Shown here: piece after piece, positions 30,128 through 42,579 of the stretch | Numbering within the stretch: position 1 is the stretch's first letter | How the letters are laid out: every line of letters starts with the position of its first letter | Assembly: GCF_009914755.1 (NCBI RefSeq) | Contig: NC_060932.1 | Direction: 5' to 3' (one strand) | DNA length: 64,000 nt | DNA from: the human T2T-CHM13v2.0 reference genome, Homo sapiens | The notes under the pieces: generated by a model | Databases searched by the model: none | What the model saw: only the letters and a program-made list of their open reading frames with translations | Told to the model about the DNA's origin: nothing | Translations under genes and position numbers: made by a program

Positions 30128-31718
30128 GTTTATTAAGGTATACATACAAGAAGATGTGCATTCATATATTAATCAGCCTTTAGAAAAAGAAATGAGAAAT
30201 TGTGACTTTAATATTAAATAAATCACGATTTAAAATAAACCATTAACTATTATATGTCTCATTATCTTAAGAAATATGTAGTTACTAATTAATTTAAGAA
30301 ATTTATATTTGCATGTATCAGGTATTTGACATTTCCTTAATAAAATTAAGTTTAAACAAATTTAAGTATTAAATAGCATTGTGTAAATTACAATCGCACC
30401 AAAAAATATCAATGGTCAATCAAAAATTATTAATTTAATAACAAATATTATAATACATGTGAAAGATATATAATGGAGAATTAAACATTCTTATAAAATA
30501 AATTCTTCTCTTTTTATAGTAGAAAACAATTCCAATCAAAAGCCCCACAAGATTTTTAAAAATTTAACAAAATTGGTGTATTCATTATTATTTGCTTTGT
30601 TCTTACAGAAGTCTACTTTATAGTACGTAGCAAGAAACAAAATAATGTTAATGTTTCTTGACATAGTAAATGATCCAAAAATTTTGGAACTCCAGTAGCA
30701 TTATAAAAAATTAATAAATTTTATGGTAATATGTAAATAAATGTTCTCATATCTTTTTAATAATTATCAAATATCCTTAGAAACAAAGAAATTTTGATAT
30801 ACTTGTACTTGCTAAAATCAGAACGCAAATCAATTATATATTTTTCATATATATGATAATCACAATTTTGTAAAAAGTCATATATATGTAGAAAATTATA
30901 TCTACTTATAAATTAATTCAGAATCATGAGATTATGAATATCAAATTGTTATTACTCCTGTATATTTTTGTTACTTTTAGAAGCATATTTCTCATATTTC
31001 CTTCTATTCTTTACCCTTAACCTATACTTCTAAAAACTGATAAAGCTAGCCCAAATGAAGAATTTAACGGATTTATATGTACATATATATGACTTAAAAA
31101 AATACAAAAAAACCTTGCCCATATTCGATGATTTTAACTATATTGTGGTTGGATACAAATAAATATTTGATAATTTACCACTTAATTTCAATAATGCTGG
31201 TTGTTAGATTATTAAGTAAAAAATGTAAAATTTGGAAATACACAATCACCATGGAACAATATTTTATCAAGTTAATTGTAAATTAGGCATTTGTGAAAGC
31301 AAATGTAAGAGGAAATACATGGCAATATTTATTATAAATGGCTGTGTTGAAAGTGAATGAATACATTTTTTTCTCTAATTTTCTGAAATGTCACAAGATT
31401 TTTTTAAGCATATTTAAGTAGCTACTTTATTAAAAACCCAAGCTGAATCAATACTCACAAATAAACACGTTTATATACCATCCCTAACAAGCAGTCAGAG
31501 AATGTGTGCTCTGTATAGAAGCAGAATACTGGTGAATTTATACACTAAATTTCTTGCAAGCATTGATGTTTTTGCGGTCCACAGAGGCAATGTAAAACAA
31601 AAAACCCCGAAATTATCCGAATATGTCTTACATAGGTAGTATGGAAATTATATAGAAAGAGAAAACACCGCTACATGGGGGAAAACTAACTATTTTAACC
31701 TAAAATTTTCATGGTGGT

Positions 31719-31752
<34 letters not shown>

Positions 31753-31758
31753 TGTGTA
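31719..31758. repeat. (TG)n microsatellite
   Basis: About 19 units with one TA interruption. Confidence 0.97.
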
Positions 31759-34124
31759 TACACATATATAATAGATTTTACAGATAATTGCTCACAATTC
31801 CACTTCACTTTGCCAATTGAGATGTCACTGATTATTGTTAGCGATCTAGTGTGCAACTGTAGAACTCCTGAACACAAGAACATAGGATATTTAATTCTAA
31901 ATGTTAAGTACATTAATAACCTACACATTTTCAAAAGCATATGTGTATATATGTATACATACAAATGGGTATGTTATCAAATGGGTGTATAAATTTGAAA
32001 ATAACTTCCCAAATAATGTATTATATTTTCATCCAGAATATAAATAAAATTGAAAATTTGAATACACACGCACACAGTTATCACTTTTGAAAGACTGAGA
32101 GTCTTACAGAAATATGTGACCCTCAGATTTAAGGCACCTAAAGTATAAGAATGTCATTAGACAGATAAGATTGGGTGGACTTTAGCGGTATGCTTAAGAG
32201 TGAATTACAGGACCCAAGGTGGTAGCTTATATGGGCAAATTGAATGGTGTGGAGGTGTGTGCATATCGTTAGCACTTGGCAAGCTAAAACTACTTTAAGG
32301 GAGGCCATTGGGAAAGTTCCTGAGTACTGAGCTTCAAATACATTTGCTGCCCATCTGCACAAAACAATGCACTTTGTATTGATGGAACCAGTGACAAACA
32401 CGTACAGCTCTTAGGACTAAAAACAAAGTAGGAAACCTGAAGTTCTTGTATACTACAACATATTGTTTCTTTTCAACAGGATAAGCAATGGGCAAAGTAG
32501 GAATTTATTTTCTAGCATAGTGTACCTAAGGATTTGAGTTAGAATTAAATGTTATTGAACCAACAATGAAGACTATATCAAGTGAAGAGAGTATATTGCT
32601 AGTGATTGTGAGAAGATCCCCTTGCTCGTTCTTTCTTTGAAATCCAGTGATAATTCCTAGGGTTATATTCTTTCTCCTACAGAATTATTATTCTTGTTTC
32701 TTCCCCCTAGACATCACATATATAGGCCAAATACCAAATTATCTGCCAGTCTGAATAGAACCCAAAAAACAAAGTGATGACTACAAAGTTTTCTAATCTG
32801 CAAAATAATATAGCCAATTTTTCCATATTAAGAATTATTTGATTTATTTCAAGCTACCACATTACATTACTACTTAAACTTTCAAATAATCTTTAGGCTC
32901 TTTTTTTGATGTATGTGTTTATATTAATGACTCCTAAGGATGAGAGAAACAGCTTTTATGGAGTCTACATTGGAGAGAAATGGTTGTAATCACTTGACCA
33001 GATGGAAATGAATAAAATAACAATCTGGATAACCTCGAATGTGTAAAATCCAAAAGCACTGATGAATACCATTAAGCACCAAAATTCCAAACCACAGAAA
33101 ATCTAAACATAAAATAAAAGAGAGAAGACAAACATTTGGATCACTCAGGAAGAAACCAATAGGTGAAAACAATTTTTGCTCAGTTTTGTAGCTTACTTTA
33201 AAAAATGTGTGAATTTTTGAAATAAATCATCTTATCATGATACTTATCTGTATATACATCAATCAATGTAATAAAAAATTATCATAGATCAAGTTTACCG
33301 CAACATTTATATAATTTTTTAGGTTAATTATGAGAAATAATAATATTTAATGAGAATATATATTAATTTTATAGAAGCAACAATAATGTCCATCTTTTAG
33401 AAACACAAATTTTACTTTTTAGAAAGCTTTAAATCTCATCCGTTGCTTTTAAAAGCACTATTCAAAAAATTATTAAATATAATTGTCATTAGATGTAGCC
33501 AATTAACTAATATTTTAGCCTTATAGATTTATTATTAAAAAGTATGACATGGAATGCAAATATGTCACCAACTTCTGTCAGTGAGCTTACATTTTTATGG
33601 AAAAATAGTATAATAAAACAAGATTTGATAAATAATTTAGAGTATGCAACAAAAAATGAATTTATATATCATATTTTCCCTTTGAACTCACACTTCCTAT
33701 CTAGTTATAGAATTATTCTCTGTATGGCATCTTCATTCTCTTTCTATGCAATAGATTATTTTCAGTAGATTATAAATATGTTCAAAATTGTCCATTGTCA
33801 AAAAAATATTCTTTTGTTGTTCTTTTGTTTTCAGTAAGCTTTATTAACTCTCCATCTAATTGGCCTCTAGCGTCTATAGCAAGTATTTTTCCCTATTTAA
33901 AAAATGAAAGATTACTACCTTGACTTTATAATGAGCCATACTATACATTTTTGCAATTTTAAATTTATTGTCATTATTAAGACTTTATTCAGTGATCTTC
34001 TAGTACTTCACGCTTTTATTGATGACTTGACCAAAAGTAGAACCCTCCCCGTTTTTGAAAATTTGATGGCTTCTAAAAGTAACATTATGCGGATGGTTTC
34101 TATATTTGCCAGTAGCTTGTCAAA

Positions 34125-34565
34125 TACAAGTTGTGGTAACACAATTCAAATGGCTTAAATGTAAAAGAAAATGATGAGCCCATATAAAATAATGTTGGTA
34201 CATTTATGGCTTCAGCCATGATTGGATCTAGGTGGTTTAATCAAGAGTTTATTCTTCTCCTCTCTAAGCTCTGCTTTGTATTTCATTTTAATAGTGTCTA
34301 CCAATGTATTATCAAATAAAGTCACCAGTACAACCAGGTTTACATTGTAAGACTTAAAAAAAAAAAAAAAAAAAAAACAGTGAAAAAGCAGACCATATTC
34401 AAAATGTATCCAGCAAATGGTTGAAGGTATTGAGTTTGGCTGGTGTGGCTTTGGTCATATGTCTATCCTTGCAACAATGCTGAATAGAATGCTATAGACC
34501 TGATGGCCAGCCCTTGGCAACATGATCCACTTCAAAGGCCAGTAAGGGCCACCTAAACCACATGG
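34125..34565 (-). mobile_element. Ancient MaLR LTR (MLT1K/L-like), containing an A23 run
   Basis: 'caaatggcttaaat', 'ggcttcagccatgattggatctagg', 'ggtcatatgtctatccttg', 'cctaaaccacatgg'. Confidence 0.55.
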
Positions 34566-34639
34566 AAAGTATTTTGAAAAATCCACCAAAAAAGCAAAAT
34601 CCACATACAAAGACTTTGTTCTTTGTTTTTCTTTTGAGG

Positions 34640-34750
34640 AAGATCATCTGTTTCTAAATGCCCGACAGCTATTTCTACTTCAGTGATCTGCCAGCATCTT
34701 AAAATCAGTATGTCTAGAGCGAGGCTTACCATTATCTTTTCCAAAACTCC
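34640..34750 (+). mobile_element. L2 fragment
   Basis: 'atttctacttcagtgatctgccagcatcttaaaatcagtatgtc'. Confidence 0.55.
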
Positions 34751-35084
34751 AAATCAGTCATTATTTCTTCATTTAAAACCTGTAAAAATAAACAAACAAA
34801 CAACCACAATAACAACAAAAAACTTCTCCCTGTGTTTAGATAAAGGCCCAACTTTTTTACATGTCTTAAAAGTATCTAAATTATCTAGTTGTATTTAAAT
34901 GATTATCTTTGTAAAATGACCTGGAGGCCCACTCTCAGACTACACTTAGTGTCTTTCATTTCTCAAATACATGATATATTCTGGTATTTCTACAATCTAC
35001 TTGTGGGTTTCCATATTCTGGTTACCTTTCTCCTTATCCCCAAAGCATATTGTGCCTCCTCTGCTATAAAAATAAAAGTCACTG

Positions 35085-35358
35085 TTTGATTATGGTCTTT
35101 GGAGTCTTACTCTTTACTTTTTGATCTCCACCTCAGCAATTTACAAGCTATTTAACCTGGGGCAAGATTCACAAATATTTTATGGTACATTTCTCTCACT
35201 TAAAAAAATGTGGTCATTACAGTTTATTTCATTTTTTAGTTTTGTTGTTGTTGTTGTTTGTTTATATGGGATTTTTTCAGGATTAAATGAAATAACTTGC
35301 GTAAGGTACTTCGGTCAGTGACAGCCACATAGTAAACAATTAGAAAGTGCTTACTATT
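35085..35358 (+). mobile_element. MIR
   Basis: 'ctttggagtc', 'aacctggggcaag', 'aggattaaatgaaataa', 'cacatagtaaac'. Confidence 0.75.
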
Positions 35359-35681
35359 TAATATTGCTGCTTTGTGAATTCTGTGAAAATAGGATCAATG
35401 TGGCTGTTATCCCAACACTTAGCTCAAGCTTGAAATAGAATAAGAAGTCCAATCAATTCTCACTATATAAATATTAATGCCAATCTTTATTGCCATTGCT
35501 GCCAGCAGGTTAGCCATTCAGGCTTAAAATATAAGCTTGTATGTGTCCTTGATTCCTTAATTTTCTTTGATGTTTCTCTTCTTTCAAATAATCTGCTAAT
35601 TCCTAATGACACTTTCACGAGCCTTATGTTTAATTTATTCCAACTTCCACATTTCCACTAACATGAACCCAAGTTGGGTCA

Positions 35682-36129
35682 TGTGAACCCCAAATATCTG
35701 AGATGGTCTCAGTTTATTTAGAAAGTTTATTTTGCCAAGGTTGGGGATGCACACCAGTGACACAGCCTCAGGAGGTCCTGATGACATGTGTCCAAGGTGG
35801 TCAGGGCACAGCTTGTCTCCTTTAAAATGTTTTAAGGAGACATAAGACAACATTATATGTAAGAAGTACATTGGTTCTGTCCAGAAAGGCAGGGACAACT
35901 CAAAGCAGGCAGGGGGCTTCCAGGACACAGGTAGGTGAGAGACAAAGGGTTGCATTCTTTTGAGTTTCTGATACAACTTTCCAAAGGAAGCAATCAAATA
36001 ATGCATCTGTCTCAATGAGCAGAGGGATGACCTTGAATAGAATGGGAAACAGGTTTGACCTGAGCAGTCCCCAGCTTGACTTTTCCCTTTAGCTTAATAA
36101 TTTGGGGGCCACAAGATTTTCCTTTTGCG
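35682..36129 (-). mobile_element. MER4A1-like solo LTR (ERV1)
   Basis: tgtgaaccccaaatatctgaga...cagcctcaggaggtcctgatgacatgtg...ttttccttt; perfect 4-bp TSD GTCA (35678-35681 / 36130-36133). Confidence 0.9.
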
Positions 36130-39100
36130 GTCAGCATTGCCTTTCATCTGTTCTATTGTCACTGAATGGATTCCATATAACAGTTTCAGTTTGTCTCACT
36201 TCCTATCAAATTAAAAAAAAAAAAAAGCCAGATCATCCCTCCAGAGGAAAAGCTTTCTCTGTGCAGTTCTCATACATAAAAAATCTTCAGTATGTAAAGC
36301 CCATACCATTTATCCACCAGTTAATACCATCCATAATCTAGAAATATTCCATCTCTCCAATACTATCTTTGCATAATACCTTCTATTTCAGATTCTTCTG
36401 TCTATATGCATGACCCCAAATTTTCATTTTCTATATCTTGCTTTTTGCCCATCCTAATTTCTCAGACAGAAATCCTTCTTTCTCTTCTTTCTGTATATTC
36501 AAAAGCCATCCAACCTTCCAATGCTTGCAAATCTATATATTCCACAAAGCCTTTTATTATAACAATTTTATACTTGCAATTTATATACAGTTACTTTATC
36601 TGAAATGCTCAAAGCACACAAAATGGAGCTTGATTTTAATATATAAAGATACATATTTTATCTTTCTTACTCTTCTAAGAACTTCATATTCCCATATCAT
36701 CATGTTCTTCATCTGTGTATCTCCTTACAACTTTTTAATGCAATGCTCACAATAATATTTGTTCAATAAATAATAAAATTGTCATTTAAAAGTATTATTT
36801 CTTTAAAAATAAGAAACATTATAATGCTTGGGTCTGCTGAAGATGAGCTTACTGAGGCTCAAATTGACATTAAAAAAAACTTGACCTGTGATATTTAGCT
36901 TAAATGTTATGAATAATACAAAGCAAAGATGTTGCTATTTTTGCATTTTTCTAATATCTAATAACTGTGTAGAAGAGCAAATGTGTTTCTCTTCTTTAAT
37001 GTGTTTTATATTCCACATTGTATCCTACATGTATACATATCTTATATATTAATATGTACTATATATTCAATAGTCAGGCAAAACTATAGAACTTTTATTC
37101 ATATTAAGTAGCCTAAATTCTTGCTAAATTATGAAATAATTACAGCACCTCAGAAATTTGTTTCACCTTTTCAAAGATTTAGTATCCTTATATCTACTCT
37201 AGGTATAATGACATCTGTACTGTCTACATTACAGTATTTTTACAAAAGTCAAGTCAAATTTAGAAGATTCACAGACAATTTGGCAGTAAAATTAACAGTA
37301 TTGGATGTGGCCATTTTACAAGTCAGCTTAAAGACACTACACAATGTGTTAAATTAACCATTTGAACAATTCTACCTAACACTATAATATTAATTTGTAT
37401 TGACTCCAAATATAAGTTCAACTCCATTTCATGTTAAGTATGCCTGGGATAGTTTTATCCTAAGCTAGACTTAACACAATTATTAGTGCATAAATAATTC
37501 AGAAATGTAAAAAAAGCTATTAAAATCCTTTTCCAGTTTTTGATATTGGCAAAGTATATCATGGGAAGATAGGAAAGTGTTTATGTAATACATAATAAAA
37601 TTCAACTTTGAACAAATCAAATACCGGATCAGACTGAACTTTTAGCTATACTATCTGCTGTCAAGTTTTGCCAAAGAATATTAGTGATTCATTATTGACT
37701 AAAATCCCTTATTTCAAAGCTAAGAGTTTCCTGTAAGTCTGCATACATTGCTTTGGCTAAATGCTTTGAGAGTTCTTAAAGAATGGGATCTGCCACATAT
37801 GAGCCTAAAAGAAATTAGAATGTAATAACCTCTAATGACGAGAAAAGCTCATTTTGCCTCCAGTTTTGCATTACCTTTTTATTTCATTTTTAAAGTTTCT
37901 TCTATTGCTTTCATTATTAAATATGCAATTTCATTCTTTATTCATTCTCATGCTATTCCTTTCTTTTGTTTAGTTTCTTCTCTTTTGACCCATTGTGTTA
38001 AATAATTCTTGCAGAAGATAATTTGTCATCACTGTCATAATGAATCCAATTTTCCTTAACCCAGACCTGGCCATGGCTTGCTATATTGCAAAGGAAACTA
38101 CCTAAAAGGCTAATGAGGGGCACTATTTGAGAAGTATGACTGAATTATTATAGCTTTAATTAGATCAGTCAAAATTCTTGGTGAATAATATTCAGCAAAG
38201 TATTCTTTAGTAGAGAAAATCATAGTCTTAAAAAACAATCCCTTATTCAAAAATACAATCCTATTACTTCTAAATATAAAAGTGCTGTAGTTCAAAGTAT
38301 GTAATTGAGTTAGACTTTTTCTGCCACTTATAAAAATCGCCATTGCTAAATATTCTGAATCTTTTCCTAATTATCCATTCTAATATCTGACTATATTTGT
38401 AGAATCATCTTTTCTTTCATTCAGATCATGCAAAGCTATGTAAGTAGGGAAGATAAATGTGGAAGGGATACTTATTTTATTGAAAACCACTAAATAATGT
38501 GGGTATAGTATTTAATAATTTAATGACCATTTTTACATCAGATATCTTAGGAAATGCTTCTAACAGAACCCAGTGATTTAAAGATAATTCCTTGCTTCCA
38601 ACCATAGAGTAGGAAAAATAATGTAAACTATTCTAACCAAATTGTTGAGAGTCAAATGTCAATCATGCTAAGAAATATTTACTTAATCTTCAGTTGAGAA
38701 AAAGATAGAAGCACTTGAATTTAGTTTGTATATCTGCATTTTCTTACAAAATATTGACAAGACCTCAGATTCAAATACCCAGGTATAGCCCAACACCAGT
38801 GTCTTAATCTTCCTATAGCTCTTTTATTATACCCATGTTTCCTTTAATATTGAATGTTGCTGTTTTTAATACGACAAATATGTTTAATCTTAATTTTCTC
38901 TTAACGTTTTATGTTACACTTACTGCTTCATGGGTTATTTGGGGTCAGTATTCCACTTTTAGTTCATTTTTGTGATTCTTTTTTTATCTATTTTTCATAA
39001 TTATAATTTTTTGTTTTTATAAATAGAACTTGCATAATCTTTAACTATTTTAGTTGACCTATATTAATTTTCTAGTTTAGTAATGATACAATTAATTTAA

Positions 39101-39139
39101 TGTTTCCTAGTTCTCTTCTACTTTTTCATTGTGAGGTAC

Positions 39140-39835
39140 AGAGGGAATATATATAACAAAAAACAAATAATCAGTGGTACATGTAGTAATATTTAATGAA
39201 AATTAGATGTAATTATGATCCTAGAGGGAGAACTAAATCAGAATGAGGCATAAACCACAAACAAATATTGACATAAAGCTTTCCAAATATTATGAAAAAT
39301 AGTAATTCAGAAATATAAGAAGCTCAATGAACCCCAAACAGGATAAACACAAAGTAAATACTCCAGAGCACATTATGGTCAAATTGATGAAAATAAATGT
39401 AAAGAAGAATTCCCAAAAAAATCCAGAGAGAAAAAAATAATAACATTGTACATGTAGGAACAATCATACGAATTACCACAGATTTTTTTCAAAAGCAATG
39501 AAAGCCCAAATGAATACCATTCAAATGGTGAAAAAAGACCACAAGAGGAGGAAGAGAAGGAGAAAAAGGTAATTATTTTTGAAATAGTTTAGCTATTAAA
39601 ATACCTTTCAAAATTAAGAGAAAATAAAGACATTTTCAGATATACACAGGTTAAGAGAAATAAACAAAAGATTTGCAATTTAAAAATGTTAAAGGGAAAA
39701 AATGTTAATGAAAATTTCTCAGGCTTAAAGATAATGATGTAAGACAGAAGGACAAATTTGAAGACAGGATATATATACATATAATATATGGGTGAATCTA
39801 ATAAATAAGTCTCATTTTTCAAATTCTTTAAAGGA
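39140..39835 (+). mobile_element. Old L1M ORF1 region
   Basis: 'aagaagctcaatgaaccccaaacaggataaacacaaag', 'cacattatggtcaaattg', 'aaaataaagacattttcagat'. Confidence 0.75.
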
Positions 39836-39838
39836 TAA

Positions 39839-40173
39839 TGTTGCAGGACTTTTGCTTAGTTCAGCTAAAGATGGAATTCTTGTCCATCCCACGGCCATGA
39901 AAATTTAGGCTCGCAGATGGTCTAAAGGGTGAGTAAAGCAGCGTTTTATTGGGTGAAAGGGAATAAAAGTGGGAAACTGGGACTCTTGCAAGGTCAGAGT
40001 GCCTCCGCTAGACTGTTTCCCGCCAGGCCTTTGGAATCCCAGGTTACATACACAGGAAAAAGGGGGCCAGGCCCCTTCCTGCTGCAAAGGGAGTGAGATT
40101 CCTGAGGCTCCACCTCAGTGGGCAGGTGGTTGGAGTTTCTCCACCCAAGGACTCCCCTCACCTGGCTGTCTCA
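39839..40173 (-). mobile_element. MER61A-like solo LTR (ERV1)
   Basis: tgttgcaggacttttgcttagttcagctaaaga...cacctggctgtctca; TG...CA ends; 4-bp TSD ATAA (39835-39838 / 40174-40177). Confidence 0.9.
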
Positions 40174-40189
40174 ATAATTGTTTTGAAGA

Positions 40190-40442
40190 ACATGTTCTCA
40201 CTTGGTCACTAAATAAGTGGGACCTAAATGATAAAAACTTATGAACACAAAGAAGGAAACAACAGACACTGGCTCTGCTTCAGGGGATAGGGTGGGAGGC
40301 GGGACAGGAGCAGGAAGATAACATTGGGTATTGGGCTTAATACGTGGATGATGAAATAATGTGTACAACAAACCCCTGTGACATGTGTTTATCTGTGTAA
40401 CAAACTTCACATGAACCCCCCCAACCAAAAATAAAAGAAAAA
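40190..40442 (+). mobile_element. L1PA15-like 3' end
   Basis: 'gaacacaaagaaggaaacaacagacactgg', 'ttgggtattgggcttaatac', A tail. Confidence 0.85.
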
Positions 40443-40562
40443 GTTCTAAGGAAACCTTAATAGTCACTTCAAAGAAAATTAAAATTATACACTGAATAAA
40501 ATATGTATAAGACTTGTATGTTCAAAGTTTCAAGTTGTTGATAAAATAAAGAAGCCCTAAAT

Positions 40563-41277
40563 ACTAACCAATCACATTATTGAGTATTTGTTTACAGGAA
40601 ATGAAATCAGTATGTTGAAGAGACATCTCATCTGCATACCCATGTTTGTTCTGGTGCTATTTACAATATCCAAGCTATGGAATCAAATTAAATGCTCATT
40701 TACAGTTGAATAGACATAGAAAATGCAATATATTTACACATATTTATATATATATATATTCACACACACATATACATGTACACTATTCAGCTATAAAATA
40801 TGAAATCCTGTCATTTGTGGGAACATGAATGAACCTGGAAGTCTTTAGGTTAAGTGAAAGAGGCAGGCACAGAAAGAAAAACACTACTCGATCTCAATCA
40901 TATGTCGAATCTAAAAAAGTTGATTTCATAGAAGTAGTGTGCAGAATAGTTGTTACCAGAGGCCAGGAATCATAGAGGATTGACAAGGAGACCAGGAGAG
41001 GTGGGTTAATGGGTTCCAAGTTACAGTTAGACAGGAAGAGTAAGTTTTGGTATTCTATTACAAAGTAGGGTGATGATAGCAAATAGCAATGCAATGTATG
41101 TTTTAAGATAGCTAGATGATTTTGAATGTTTTCACTACAAATAAATAATAAATGTTTAAAGTGATAGACATGGTAATTACCTAGATATTCTTACACTATA
41201 TATGTATGCATTGGAACATCATATTATATCCCATAAATATGTACAATTATTGTATGTTATAAATACAGATTTTAAAA
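40563..41277 (+). mobile_element. L1MA-type 3' end
   Basis: 'ggaaatgaaatcagtatgttgaagagacatct', 'gttacagttagacaggaagagtaagtt'; TSD aaagaagccctaaat (40548-40562) / aaagaagacctaaat (41276-41290). Confidence 0.85.
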
Positions 41278-41679
41278 AGAAGACCTAAATGCATGCAGAA
41301 ACACACCACGTTTATTGATGAGAATGCTCAATATAGTAAAGATGTCCAATGTCTTCAAATTGATCTACAGGTTTAATGTAATTGTATAAACACCTTAGCA
41401 ATGTTTAAAATTTTGGTTAATTTTTCCCATATATTATATAAGCTTATTCTAAAAATTTTTATGAAAAAGTAGAGGATTTGGAATAGGTAAACAATTTTAG
41501 AAAAAAATGAAATAAAGTGGATGGAGTCATCCTACTCAAGTAATTAAAAAGACTTAACGAGCTTACTAAAGAGTTACAGCAGTCAAGGCAGTGTGGTACT
41601 GGCAGAGGGTTAAACACATAGATAAGTAGAACAAACCATTGGCCCAAGAAATATACCAAAAAATTAACTTTTTATTATT

Positions 41680-41972
41680 AAAAAAATGTTTTAGAGACAG
41701 ACTCTCGCTATGTCACCCAGCCTGGAGTAGAGTGGCATGATCATAGCTCACTGTAACCTCACTCCTGGGCTAAATGATCCTCCTGCCTCAGCCTCCAGAG
41801 TAGCTAGGACTATTTTTAGTCCTAGCCAGGCTAATTTTAAAAGATAATTTTCTGTAGAAATGGGGTCTTGCTATGTTTTCCAGGCTGGACTTGAACTCCT
41901 GGCCTTAAGCGATACTCCCATCTTGGCCTCCCAAAGTGTTAGGATTACAGGTGTGAGCTACTGTGTCTGACC
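41680..41972 (-). mobile_element. AluJ
   Basis: 'gatcatagctcactgtaacctc', 'tgatcctcctgcctcagcctcc', 'ggggtcttgctatgtt'. Confidence 0.92.
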
Positions 41973-42579
41973 CAAAACTGACTTTTGACAAACATGCAAA
42001 AGAAATATAACAGATGATAGAAAGTCTGTTCAACAAATGATGCTGGAACATTTGGATGTATATAAGCAAAAATACAAACCACAAACTGAAACTCACATCT
42101 TATAAAATTTAACTCAAAAAAGATTATGAACAAAAGCATAAAGTTTTAAAAACCGTAAAACTTTTGGAAAAAAATGGGAAGAAACCTTTTGGGCAAAAGG
42201 TTAGGCAACTGGCATTTAGGATTGGTACAAAATTTATCATCCAGAAAAAGGCAAAATTGATAAATTGGACTAGCAAAATTATAAACTCCACAGAAGACCT
42301 TGTGAAGAGGATGCAAAGACAAGCTATATAACTGGGAGAAATTATTTGCAATCCACACATCTGACAAATGATGTATTTTCAGATCTTAAAAAAAAACTCA
42401 AAAGTTAACGATATATTGCAAACTATCCACTTAGAAAATGGGAGAAATACATGAATAGATATTTCACTAAGAGGACATATAGCTGCCAAACAAGCAAATA
42501 AAAAGAAGTTTAATGACATAAACTATGAGAAAGGTGAAAGTGAAATTACAATAAAATATCCCCACAAACAATTATAAAT

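Noticed and set aside
30590-32720. Isolated strong 3' splice-like sites (near 30607, 32479, 32710; also 62996)
   Set aside because: No coherent exon chain or reading frame; expected by chance in T-rich DNA. lncRNA exons cannot be excluded without RNA data.
39839-40173. p53 response element in MER61
   Set aside because: This short MER61A-like copy shows no paired RRRCWWGYYY half-sites.
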